Below, one piece after another: positions 1-11,860 of a DNA stretch of 64,000 nucleotides. A program made the translations under genes and the position numbers. Where the stretch lies: positions 62,001 through 126,000 of the forward strand of contig JAPDFW010000081.1 of assembly GCA_028826165.1 (NCBI GenBank), read 5' to 3'. Source of the stretch: Anaeramoeba ignava BMAN. Lineage: Eukaryota; Protista; Anaeramoebae. Numbering within the stretch: position 1 is the first letter of the stretch; each line of letters starts with the position of its first letter. The notes beneath the pieces were generated by a model, which searched no databases, had not been told where the DNA came from, and was given only the letters and a program-made list of their open reading frames with translations.

Positions 1-274
1 TGTTTTTTTTTTACTTTTGTATTTTCTAAAATAAAAAATCTGATACTTCCATCATCACAACCAACAACAATACAACAAGAAAACCCAAAAATATCACCAA
101 TAGAAAGACAATTAAAAGAAATTTTAGAAACAATTTGAAAAATTTTTTGGAAATGAAAGTTATTCATTTAAGATAAAAAAAAAATGAAAAAAAAATTAAA
201 AAAATTCCATTTTCATTTTTTTTTCATTTTTTTATTTTTTTAATAATCAATTTAAAAAAAAAAAATTTCTTTCT

Positions 275-1868
275 ATGACTACAAAAAACAAAACAAACGA
301 AAATCAAAAAAATAAAGCAATAAATTCAAATCGATTTAAAACAGATAAAGACATTTCAAATGAAAAGCAAACAAAAATTTTCAATTCAGCAAATAAAGAC
401 CGTTCACAAAGAGAAAAAGAATTTCAAAAAGGAAGAGAGGAATTGCAAATACAACAAGGTCATACACTTGACAATGTAAGAATAAGAACAGGCAATGAAA
501 ATCAATTTGATATTCTTAAAAAAGAATTTGGAATAATAAATTCTTATAATCCTGATATATACACAATTCCACTTTCTAAAGAAGAACTTGAAGGAAATCG
601 AAATGATTCAAATCAAAATAGATATTTGATAAGAAAACTTAAGAAGAAGGAAGAGAAAGAAGAAAAAAGGCAGAAAGACAAAACTGAGGAGGAATTACAT
701 TCAACAGCAATGTTGAATCAATCTCATCGTAAAAATTCAAAGAAAACTCATAAAAAATCAATCTCTCAAAAAAAAGAAAGAGATGTTCAAAAACCATCAA
801 AAGTGGACAAAAATTTGAAAGAATCAAATACTACTTTACTTCATGGGAATGTTGATGGAAATTCAAAAGCACTGCAAACAATGAAAGATACAACTGTCGA
901 TGAGATTGAATCTCAAATTCAAAATGAGATTGAAAATCAAAATCAGAATAAAATTCAAAATCAAAATCAAATTCGAAAATCAAAATCAGAATAAAATTCA
1001 AAATCAAAATCAAATTGAAAATCAAAATCAAATTCAAATCCAATTTCAAAATCAAATCGATGTTAGAAATGAAAAGGAAAATCAAAATGAAATTCAAAAT
1101 CAAAATCAAAATGAAAATCAAAATGAAAATCAAAATCAAAATCAAAATCAAATTCAAAATCAAAATCAAAATCAAAATCAAAATGAAATTCAAAATGAAA
1201 TTCAAAATGAAATTCAAATTCAAAATCAAAATCAAATTCAAATTCAAAATGAAATTCAAATTCAAAATCAAAATGAAATTCAAAATGAAATTCAAAATGA
1301 AATTCAAAATCAAAATCAAAATCAAAATCAATATCAAAATCAATATCAAATTCAAATTCAAAATCAAAATCAATATCAAAATCAATATCAAAATCAATAT
1401 CAAAATCAATATCAAAATCAATATCAAAATCAATATCAAAATCAATATCAAAATCAAAATCAAAATCAAATTCAATATCCAATTCAATATCCAAATTCAG
1501 ATCAATATCCAAATACATATCCAAATCAAAATCAAATTCAATATTCAAATCAATATTCAACTCAATATTTAGATCAATATCCAAATCAATATACAAATCA
1601 ATATCAAGATCCAAATCCATATACAAATCCAGATCCATATCAAAATCCATATACAAATCAAGATCCATATCAATACTTAGATCAATATCCAAATCAATAT
1701 TTAGATCAAAATCCAAATCAATATTCAGATCAATATCCAAATCAATATTTAGATCAATATCAAAATCAAAATTCAGATCAAATTAAAATTCATTTAACAA
1801 TTTTTGATGCTTTTATCAAATCAAAAACAGAAAACTCAATAAATACTCAAGAAGAACTTTCTTGGTAA
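275..1868 (+). CDS. Low-complexity N/Q/E/Y/P-rich hypothetical protein, one apparent frameshift near 974
   Basis: ORF 275-994 joins ORF 900-1868 if one extra C in 'attcgaaaat' (neighbouring repeat unit 'attgaaaat') is removed. The C-terminal half is NQ, QYQN and YPNQY repeats. No recognisable domain. Confidence 0.6.
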
Positions 1869-2076
1869 ATAACAAAATTTTGAATTCGAAAAAGACAAAA
1901 CAAATCTAGAAGAATTTTTTAGTTTCCTTTTTTTTTTTTTCAAAGAAAAATTTAATTCATTAAAACACAAATAAAAAGTAAAGCAGAATAAACCAATATA
2001 ATTTCAATAAAATAGGAATTGGGAAAAAAAAATGTTTTATTTTTTTCATTTTTTCATTTTTTTCCAAATAATAAAA

Positions 2077-3600
2077 ATGAAAAATAATCAATTTAAAAAA
2101 AGAAAAACTAAGAGAAAAAATGCAAAATCAAAAAACGAAATGGAAATAGAAAGTGCAAACAATGAAACAAACAATATAAACAATTTTCCAAATGGAGATC
2201 AACAAAATTTTTTATCAATTTCTCAAATGCAATATTCAAACTATCCGACACAAGAGCAATATTATATGAAGTTTGGGAACATAGAAGTGACATCTCAATC
2301 ATCTTTCCCAAGCACACCTAATTTGTGGATTAATTCCGCAAACAACCAAGTAGATAGCATGGAATCCGAACAAGTGAATTTAAAGCAGGCAATGTTTTCA
2401 ACTCCTCAACTTTCAAGTCCATTTTTTACACCGAATAGCAGGCCTCTTTCGGCAACTGCGCAGCAAATACGGCATGTATCTATAACAAACAAATTGTTTT
2501 TGGTGCTACTTGCGCAACAGAACGAAAATATCATGAACTTCAGTGATTTTTCATTTGACAACAATTTTTTCCAGCACAAACTCAAGAAGGAGCGCAACTA
2601 CCAACCTGACCCATTCTACATCGAGAACCAAAACTTCAACGAGAACTTTCGCTTGGTGCTCGTTGACTGGATGTCCTCAGTTTCGGATGTTCTGTTGTTG
2701 CAAGACGAGACGTTTTTGTTTGCAGTGAATTTTTTGGATCGTTTTTTTTCCCTTGTTTCAAATTGTTCTTTGGAGCATTTGCAGCTTGTTGGACTGGGGT
2801 GTTTATATATAGCAGCAAAGATTGAGGAGATATACCCGCCAAGCATTAAGAATTTTTCCAAAATCACAAACAAAAAATTTTTGCCAAATCAAATCAAACA
2901 AGTTGAAGTTCACTTGCTTTCAACACTTGATTTTTTTGTTAATCCCGTTACAATACTCAATTGGGTTAGAGAGTTTCTGAATCGCGCAGTTTTTATTATC
3001 AAAAACTACGACCATTTTTTCACGCAAACACCCAATGAATCCAATCAAGAATCAAGAAAAAACGGGATTGAATCAAATATCATGGATGTTTCTCAAAATA
3101 TCAAATCAATTGAGAATATTTCGGAAAAAAATCCCCCAAAAAATCCCGTTTGGCAACTGGAAAACGCAGGGATTCAAACCGAATCAGATCCGCGTTTCAA
3201 CTCCAAATTCTCATTTGATTTTCCTGTTGAAATTTATCTTGATATTTCCGAACTTATCAGTTTGATTATCATGGATATCAATTATTTGCAGTTTCTGCCA
3301 AGCATAATTGCAGCAACCGCAATGTCGTTCTTTATTCCCGACGAATTCATTATCCAATCCACGACCGGATATAATTTGTCCCGATTGTCTGAATGCAAAT
3401 ATTGGATGCAATCTTTTCTCCAGTTTTGTTCCCGATTTAATCATAAAAAAATTATTGAAAAAAAAAACTCATTTCATGATGATTTGAGTCCAAAAGAGGC
3501 TTATTTACTTCATATACACAATCCTGACAATAAATTTTATTTGGAAGAAATGAATCAATCAACTATGAATTCTTTTGTTTCAAATATTTTTGATTTGTAA
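2077..3600 (+). CDS. Cyclin, cyclin E-like
   Basis: Cyclin box RLVLVDWM...ETFLFAVNFLDRF...LQLVGLGCLYIAAKIEEIYPP; second repeat FLPSIIAATAM...TTGY..SRLSECKYWM. Start chosen at AAAATG 2077, in frame with the ORF. Confidence 0.92.
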   Translation: MKNNQFKKRKTKRKNAKSKNEMEIESANNETNNINNFPNGDQQNFLSISQMQYSNYPTQEQYYMKFGNIEVTSQSSFPSTPNLWINSANNQVDSMESEQVNLKQAMFSTPQLSSPFFTPNSRPLSATAQQIRHVSITNKLFLVLLAQQNENIMNFSDFSFDNNFFQHKLKKERNYQPDPFYIENQNFNENFRLVLVDWMSSVSDVLLLQDETFLFAVNFLDRFFSLVSNCSLEHLQLVGLGCLYIAAKIEEIYPPSIKNFSKITNKKFLPNQIKQVEVHLLSTLDFFVNPVTILNWVREFLNRAVFIIKNYDHFFTQTPNESNQESRKNGIESNIMDVSQNIKSIENISEKNPPKNPVWQLENAGIQTESDPRFNSKFSFDFPVEIYLDISELISLIIMDINYLQFLPSIIAATAMSFFIPDEFIIQSTTGYNLSRLSECKYWMQSFLQFCSRFNHKKIIEKKNSFHDDLSPKEAYLLHIHNPDNKFYLEEMNQSTMNSFVSNIFDL

Positions 3601-3604
3601 AAGT

Positions 3605-4140
3605 TTTTTTATTTCTAAAATTAAAAATAACTTTATTTCTAAAAATTAAAAATAATTTTATTTCTAAAATTAATAATAACTTTATTTCTAAAATTAATAA
3701 TAACTTTATTTCTAAAATTAATAATAATTTTATTTTTAAAATTAATAATAACTTTATTTCTAAAATTAATAATAACTTTATTTCTAAAATTAAAAATAAC
3801 TTTATTTCTAAAATTAAAAATAACTTTATTTCTAAAATTAAAAATAATTTTATTTCTAAAATTAATAATAACTTTATTTCTAAAATTAATAATAACTTTA
3901 TTTCTAAAATTAATAATAATTTTATTTTTAAAATTAATAATAACTTTATTTCTAAAATTAATAAAACTTTATTTCTAAAATTAAAATATTTTATTTCTAA
4001 AATTAAAAATAACTTTATTTAAAATTAATAATAATTTTATTTTTAAAATTAAATAACTTTATTTTTAAAATTAAAATTTAAAAACAAAATTAATAATAAA
4101 AGCAAAAATTTATTTCTAAAATTAATAATAACTTTATTTT
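3605..4140. repeat. ~24-bp tandem minisatellite (AACTTTATTTCTAAAATTAATAAT variants)
   Basis: Directly visible tandem units between the cyclin stop and the SH3 gene. Confidence 0.9.
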
Positions 4141-4248
4141 TAAAAAATTTAAAATTAAAAATTTTTATTTAAAAAAATTTATTTTCATTTTTTTCTTTTC
4201 ATTTTTTTAATTTAAAAAAAAAAAACAAAATCAATAAAAACAAAAATA

Positions 4249-7200
4249 ATGTCGACAATATCTCAAAACAGAACACAATATGCAAGAAGTACAACGATAA
4301 ACAAGCCAAGCGAAATAAGAGGAAGAAATCCAACGAGGACAACAACAAGTCCACAAAGCACAAGAGGAAGAACAACAGGAAGAACGTCTAACAGAAGCCA
4401 AACTGGAAGAACAGAAGCTCCCCGTGCAAGAACAACTGGGACAGCGCGGGTAACACCTCCTACAGGAAGATCACCACAACAAACAAGAAGAAATTCACCT
4501 ATAAATACCCCATCAAGAAGAACACCACAAACGCAATCTAGAATGACACAATCATCTCCAAATATTATTAATAGAGCAAGAGCTAATGTTCAATTAAATC
4601 AAAATCAAAATCAAAATCAAAATCAAAATCAAAATCAAAATAAATTAAATCAAAATAAAAATCAAAATCAAAATAAATTAAATCAAAATCAAAATCAAAA
4701 TCAAAATAAATTAAATCAAAATCAAAATCAAAATCAAAATCAAAATCAAATTCAAAATAAATTAAATCAAAATCAAAATCAAAATAAGTCGTTTGGAAGA
4801 ACTTCAAATACTTCCGTTAATCAACCAATTAGAGGAAGAACAAATCAAAACCAAAATCAAAATCAAAAATTAAACAATCCATTAAGAGCTTCTCCGAGAT
4901 CAAGAGTAGCAAATATTCAAAATCAAAATCAAAATCAAATATCTCCAAGATCAAGAGTAACAAATATTCAAAATCAACCAAAATCAACATCTCCAAGATC
5001 AAGAACAACAAATATTCAAAATCAACCAAAAACAAATATCTCCAAGATCAAGAACAACAAATATTCAAAATCAACCAAAACAAATATCTCCAAGATCGAG
5101 AACAACAAATATTCAAAATCAACCAAAACAAATATCTCCAAGATCAAGAACATCAAATATTCAAAATCAAAATCAAAATCAAAATAAAAATCAAATATCT
5201 CCAAGATCAAGAATAACAAATATTCAAAATCAAAATAAAAGTCAACATCTCCAAGATCAAGAACATCAAATATTCAAAATCAAAATCAAAATAAAAATCA
5301 AATATCTCCAAGATCAAGAACAACAAATATTCAAAATCAACCAAAGTCAACATCTCCAAGATCAAGAGTATCAAATATTCAAAATCAACCAAAACAAATA
5401 TCTCCAAGATCAAGAACATCAAATATTCAAAATCAACCAAAACAAATATCTCCAAGATCAAGAACATCAAATACTCAAAATCAACCAAAACAAATATCTC
5501 CAAAACCAAGAATATCTCAACCTTATACTTCACAAAATACTTCTCGTTTTACTCAGAATAACCCACAAAAACCACAAATAACTCAACGACCTATGAATTT
5601 TACACGACAACCGATAAAAAAAACTGTTAATGAACAACTTCCAAAACGACCAATTAGGCATGCACCAACTTTCCAAAAAGCTAATATTGAAAATGAAAAT
5701 AGAGTTCGTGCAAAATCATCACCAAAACAATTTAATAGAAATTCACCACCAAACACATTTTCAACACAAGCAAATAAACCACATTTTAATCAACCAAATA
5801 CATCAAGATTTCCGCCTGAAAATCCAATTAGAAAAAATACCTCACCAACACAAAACAAACCAATATCACCCAAAAGATTTCCAGTAGAAAATAAACAGCA
5901 AATAAGATCATCTTTGGAAATGAAAAGAAAACAATTTGAAAATCAAGAACAAAAAGTTGATAATGTTAAAACGAATTTGCCAAAAACACAAAAAACACCT
6001 CAAAACATAATCTCAAAAAACGAACCAAAAGCATTATTTAAAACACAATCTTTATCTGAGAAAATCAAACAGTTTTCAAAATCAGAAGATGATCCTAAGC
6101 AAAATCAAATCAAACCAAAAGAAATTCAAAACCAAATTTAAACCAAAAGAAATTCAAAACCAATTTAAACCAAAAGAAATTCAAAACCAAATCAAACCCA
6201 AAGAAATTCAAAACCAAACCAAACCCAAAAGAGAGTCTCCACCACAAAAACATCTTCAAATTCGTGAAGAACCTTCTCCTAAAACTGTTAATCTTCTAAC
6301 AAATGAAAAGACTAGAAATCAAAATTTGCAAAATATTAAGAGGCGAAGTTCAGTTCATTTGCTAGCTTCTAGGTTTCAAAACAAAGTTCAAAATCCACCA
6401 GTAATAGAACATCACAAAAATGTTGCTTTAAGTACTAACCTTCGTAAAAATGCATTTTTAAGTAAAGAAGTTGATTTGAAAAATTCAAATGAAAATAAAA
6501 CTGAAAATAAAACTGAAAACAAAATTGAAAATAAAACTGAAAACAAAATTGAAAACAAAATTGAAAACAAAATTGAAAATGAAACTGAAATTGAAAATCA
6601 AGATGAAAATCAAGATCAAAATCAAAATGAAAATCAAGATCAAAATCAAAATGAAAATCAAGATGAAAATTATCAAGATGAAAATCAAAATGAAAATCAA
6701 GATGAAAATCAAAATGAAAATCAAGATGAAAATCAAGATGAAAATTATCAAACTGAAAATCAAGATGAAAATTATCAAGATGAAACTCAAGATGAAAATC
6801 AAGATGAAAATTATCAAAATGAAATTCAAGATGAAAATTATCAAGATGAGAATCAAAATGAAATTCAAGATGAAAATTATCAAGATGAAAATGAAACTCA
6901 AGATCAAAATTATCAAGATGAAAATGAAATTCAAGATCAAAATGAAATTCAAGATGAGAATTACCAAAATGAAACTCAAAATGAAAATGAAATTCAAGAT
7001 GAAAATTATCAAAATGAAAATGAAATTCAAGATGACAATGAAATTCAAGATGAAAATTATCAAGATGAAAATGAAATTCAAGATGAGAATTACCAAAATG
7101 AAAATGAAATTCAAGATGAAAATGAAATTCAAGATGAAAATGAAATTCAAGATGAAAATGTAAATGAAAATTATCAAGATGAAAATTATCAAAATGAAAA

Positions 7201-9612
7201 TTATCAAAATGAAAATTATCAAAATGAAAATGAAAATTATCAAGATGAAAATGAAAATTATCAAAATGAAAATCAAAATCAAAATGAAAATCAGGTAGAA
7301 GAAGAAGATTGGTTTGAATTAGATCATGAAGGAGATCCAAAATGCCGAGCAATTTGTGATTATGAAGCAAAAAGAGAAGTTGAATTATCTTTCAAAAAAG
7401 GGGAAGTAATATTCATAACAGGACAAAGCGAATCAGGATGGTGGCAAGGAGAAACACGAGAATCAATAGGAGTTTTCCGAAGTGATTTAATAGAAATGGT
7501 TGATGAAACAAAAGATACAAACATTGATAAATTCTCAGATATTTCAGGATTTGCAGCATTTGATCCATTAAATCAATCAGAAAACAGCAATCAAAATAAA
7601 CCAAATAATGTAAACAACAAAACAGAAACAGAAACAAAACCAATGAATGAAACCGCGCCGAAAAATATTGGAAATATTGGAAATACAAATCAAAATGTTG
7701 CAAATGAACCACAAAATCGAAATGTGATTTCTGAAGGACAAAGCCTTATTAAAAACACAGAATTATCAATATTTTCACCACTAGATCCAAAAGATCTCCC
7801 ACAAAATAAGAAACCCGACAAAAGAATAGTTGTGGAAGTGCAAGAAGTTCAAGAAGATTATGATGAGCATGAAAACGATATCAAAGTACAAGCCGTTAAA
7901 TCTTATAAATCAAAAAAACCGTCGGAACTCTCTTTCAAAAAGGGAGACATTCTTTATCTTTATGGAGAATTAGGAAATGGTTGGGCTCAAGGAGAAACGG
8001 TTAATGGAGAAATTGGCAACTTTTTATTGAAAAAAGTGAAATATTTGGATAAAAATCAAAACAAGTCAAAAAACTCAAAAAAGAAAAATCAGAACAAAAA
8101 AAAAGAACCAAAGAAAAAAAACTCCAAAAATCAAAACGTTTCACAAAACGAACCAAAAGTAACACAAACACAAACACAAACACAAACACAAATACCAACA
8201 AAAGAAGTACCAATTGTTTCAACGCCTCCAACAATACAGAAAAAGCCGAATGTCCAAAGAGTTGAAGTGGAGACGTTTGACGAAAATGAGTATGCATATG
8301 ATCCAGATGAGGATCATATTGGTGATCCTAAAGTTTGTGCCATTTGCGATTATCAACCAAAGAGAGATGTCGAACTTTCTTTCAAAAAAGGTGATGTTGT
8401 TTATGTTACTGGTCAAAGTGAATCGGGTTGGTGGCAAGGTGAAACAAGAGATGGTGATATTGGTGTTTTTAAAGCAGAATTTTTTGAAGTTACTGATGAA
8501 GAATCTTTGCAAAATTTAAATAAATTTCAAGATATAGCTGGGTTTACAATTTCTCAAGCTCAAATAAATCAGAATCAAAAATTCAAAGAAAAAGAAAATG
8601 GAAATGAAAATGAAAATGAACAAGAAATATTATTTACAACAACGTAAAATATTTAATAATATATTAAATAATATTTAATAATAATATTTAATAATAATAT
8701 TTAATAATAATATTCAAAAATAATATTCAAAAATAATATTCAATAATAATATTTAATATAATATTCAAAAATAATATTCAAAAATAATATTAAATAATAT
8801 TTAATAATAATATTTAATAATAATATTCAAAAATAATATTCAAAAATAATATTCAAAAATAATATTCAAAAATAATATTCAAAAATAATATTCAAAAATA
8901 ATATTCAAAAATAATATTCAAAAATAATATTCAAAAAAAATATTTAAAAATAATATTCAATAATTAAAAATATTCAAAAATAATAATATTTAATAATAAT
9001 ATTTAATAATAATATTTAATAATAATATTTAATAATAATATTAAATAATAATATTCAAAAAAATATTTAAAAATAATATTCAAAAAAATATTTAAAAATA
9101 ATATTCAAAATAATATTTAAAATAAATATAGTGCATTGTTTGATTTTGTAGCACAACAAGAACATGATTTATCATTTAGTAAAGGAGAAACAATATCAGT
9201 TTTAGCATTAAGTACAACAGGATGGTGGTTTGGAAGAAATACAAAAAATGAAGAAGGAATGTTTCCGTAAGAAATTAAAAATCAAAATTAAAATTAAATT
9301 AAAATTAAAATTAAAATTAAAATCAAAATCAAAATTAAAATTAAAATTTATTTGAATAGTGGAAATTATACTGAAAATTTTGCTGAATATAATGCAAGAA
9401 TTGCTATTGAAAATCAAAATGAAGATAATTTACAAAAATATGCTGTTCGTGAAGCTTTTTCTGAGGTTGATGATGATTCACAAATGACAATCCAAAAAGG
9501 TGATATTGTTATTTTACTTTCTGAAGAAGAACAAGGTTGGGTTTTTGCAAGAAATATTCAAACAAAAGAAGAAGGTTATATTCCTTTTGATTATATTACA
9601 AAGATGAATTAG
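4249..9612 (+). CDS. Multi-SH3 (five SH3) adaptor with R/S/T-rich, SPRSR-repeat and acidic NQDE-repeat N-terminal regions
   Basis: SH3 motifs AICDYE..ELSFKKGE..GWWQGE (two similar copies), AVKSY..ELSFKKGD..GWAQG, ALFDF..DLSFSKGE..GWWFG..GMFPGNY and MTIQKGD..GWVF..GYIPFDY. Introns 8644-9131 and 9267-9359 are GT-AG and frame-preserving. 1-nt homopolymer shifts near 5030, 5240 and 6135 link the upstream ORFs. Confidence 0.85.
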
Positions 9613-9977
9613 TTTTTTTTTATCAGAAAAAAAATATCAAAATAATATTCAAAACAAAAAAAAATTTGGAAAACAATTTAATCAATCATTTTGTAATTCA
9701 AAAAAAATCATTTCAAAATAACTCAAAGCAAATTATTTGTACCTTTTTTTTTCAAATGAATCATTTGCAAGATTTTCTTTTTCTTTTTCATTTTCTTTTT
9801 TCTGGTGAAGTTTTCTTTTTTTCTTTTTAATTGATTTCCTTTTTTGAATTTGTTTGATTTAATTGAAAAAGAAATAAAAAAAGATTTTTTGGATTGAATT
9901 CTTCTTTTAATTTTAATTTCCAATTTAATTTTAATTTTAATTTCCAATTTAATTTTAATTTGATTTTGATTTTGATT

Positions 9978-11762
9978 TTAATTATTAAATTTTTTAATTA
10001 ATAAATCAAATAAATTTGGATTTGTTTGATTTAATTGGAAATAATCAATTCCAAATTGAATTTCATCAATTATTTCTTGTGTAATTTGAATTTCTTCTTT
10101 AATTTGATTTGAATAAATCCAATATTCTAATATTTGAAATGATTTATTACTTAATTCACTATAATCTGTAACTTTATTTGATTTATCTTCAGTTACAGAT
10201 AAAAACATTCCTCGATATAATTCACTTCTCATTATTAATATTAATTTGGGAAATTTATATTGTTTTTCTTTTCTTTCGATAATAAAATCTTTTTCATTTT
10301 CATTTTCATTTTCATTTAAATAAATTCTTTTCATTGTTTCTTCTATTTTTTCATTGGAATTTATAATTTCTTTAATTTCAGAATATAAATTTGGATTTAT
10401 TTTAGAATTATTTGAATAAATCATTTCAAATATTTGATTTGATTCTTTAATTGATTTTTTTGAAATAATTTCTTGAAGTTTTTCAATTTGATTTTGATTT
10501 TGATTTTGATTTAATCTATATTTCAATATTAATTTATGAGCTTCAATTATTTCTCCATTTTTGGTTTTAAATGAAATATCACAAAATTCTTTTCTTTCAA
10601 ATAATTTTATCAAATCTTCTTCAAGATTGGAAAGAGAAGAAGGAGAATAATAAAGAAATGATTTATTATATCCACAAGAAATATGATAATTAGAAATATT
10701 TTCATTAAATCTTAATTTAGGAAGTTCAATTTGAATTGGAATTCGGTGATCTTTTATATCTCCATTTCCTAATTCACCATAATTATTACGTCCAAATCCA
10801 ATTAGTTTCCCTTTGGAAGTTAAAATCAAATTATGAAAGCATCCAACAGAAAAATCAAGAATATTATCTTCATCATTTTCAAATAAAGATGATTTGATTT
10901 CAGTAAATTCATAAGTATAGCTATTTTCATTTTTGCCAAGTCCATTAAATCCAGAATCTCCACATGAATAAAGTTTTCTTTTTGGATTTTCATTTTCATT
11001 TTCATTTTCAATCAACATTACTGAATGAGCATATCCACATTTAATATCAATTATTTTACCTTTTGGAATATTTTGGATTTGAGTTAATTTATTAATATTT
11101 GTTTCTTTTCTTGATTCTCCTAATCCAAGTTGAACATATTGGTTATTACCACATCCAAATAATTCTTGATTTGAATTTAAAAGAAAAACATGATTTGAAG
11201 AATTTCCTGAAAATATTTTAGAAACATTTTTCATCATTAAAATTGGTTTTTCTGTTTTTTGAAGTGTTTTAGAATCAAAACCAAGTTGACCATATTCATT
11301 TGAACCAATTCCATAAGCATTTTGATTTGAAGTTAATAAGTAAATTGAACTAAATCCAGAAACAATATCTTCAACTATTCTATCATTTGTATCTTCAATT
11401 AATGATGAAATATTGATAAATTGTTTTGAATTAATATCATTTCCTTTGGCAAATACATTTCCTTCTTTTGTTAAAATAGCTTTGTTTTGAAAACCAACAG
11501 TTGCTTTTTGAATATTTTCTTCAATTTGGATTTTTTCAGGATTTTGTTTTGAATCATTTTCATTTAAGTATTCTATTGCTTTTCCATTTTCAAAAATGAA
11601 AAATATTCCAAAATAACCTGAAGAAATTTGTTTAATTTGTTTTTCATTTTCATTTTCATTTTCATTTTCGAATTTAAATTGGATTGGTTTTGTTATTTTA
11701 TATAGTTCATTTTTGATAAGTTTTGGATTTTGATTTGAACCAAAAAATAAAATTTCATTCAT
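9978..11762 (-). CDS. RCC1-repeat + BTB/POZ domain protein, copy 1
   Basis: RCC1 repeats (GxNxxGQLG, I.CG..HS) followed by BTB-like FCDISF...IEAHKLILKYR and a second BTB-like KDFII...ILIMRSELYRGMF. Start MNEILFFG at 11762. Confidence 0.88.
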   Translation of the reverse strand: MNEILFFGSNQNPKLIKNELYKITKPIQFKFENENENENEKQIKQISSGYFGIFFIFENGKAIEYLNENDSKQNPEKIQIEENIQKATVGFQNKAILTKEGNVFAKGNDINSKQFINISSLIEDTNDRIVEDIVSGFSSIYLLTSNQNAYGIGSNEYGQLGFDSKTLQKTEKPILMMKNVSKIFSGNSSNHVFLLNSNQELFGCGNNQYVQLGLGESRKETNINKLTQIQNIPKGKIIDIKCGYAHSVMLIENENENENPKRKLYSCGDSGFNGLGKNENSYTYEFTEIKSSLFENDEDNILDFSVGCFHNLILTSKGKLIGFGRNNYGELGNGDIKDHRIPIQIELPKLRFNENISNYHISCGYNKSFLYYSPSSLSNLEEDLIKLFERKEFCDISFKTKNGEIIEAHKLILKYRLNQNQNQNQIEKLQEIISKKSIKESNQIFEMIYSNNSKINPNLYSEIKEIINSNEKIEETMKRIYLNENENENEKDFIIERKEKQYKFPKLILIMRSELYRGMFLSVTEDKSNKVTDYSELSNKSFQILEYWIYSNQIKEEIQITQEIIDEIQFGIDYFQLNQTNPNLFDLLIKKFNN

Positions 11763-11860
11763 TTTTAAAAAGAAAAAAATGAAAAAATGTTTTTGGAATT
11801 TTAATTTTAATTTTAATTTTGATTGGAATTTTAATATTAATTTTATTAATAATTTCTTGT

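Noticed and set aside
1-138. Short open frame ending SPIERQLKEILETI* at 136-138
   Set aside because: Possibly the end of an upstream gene, but too short and without a clear acceptor or homology.
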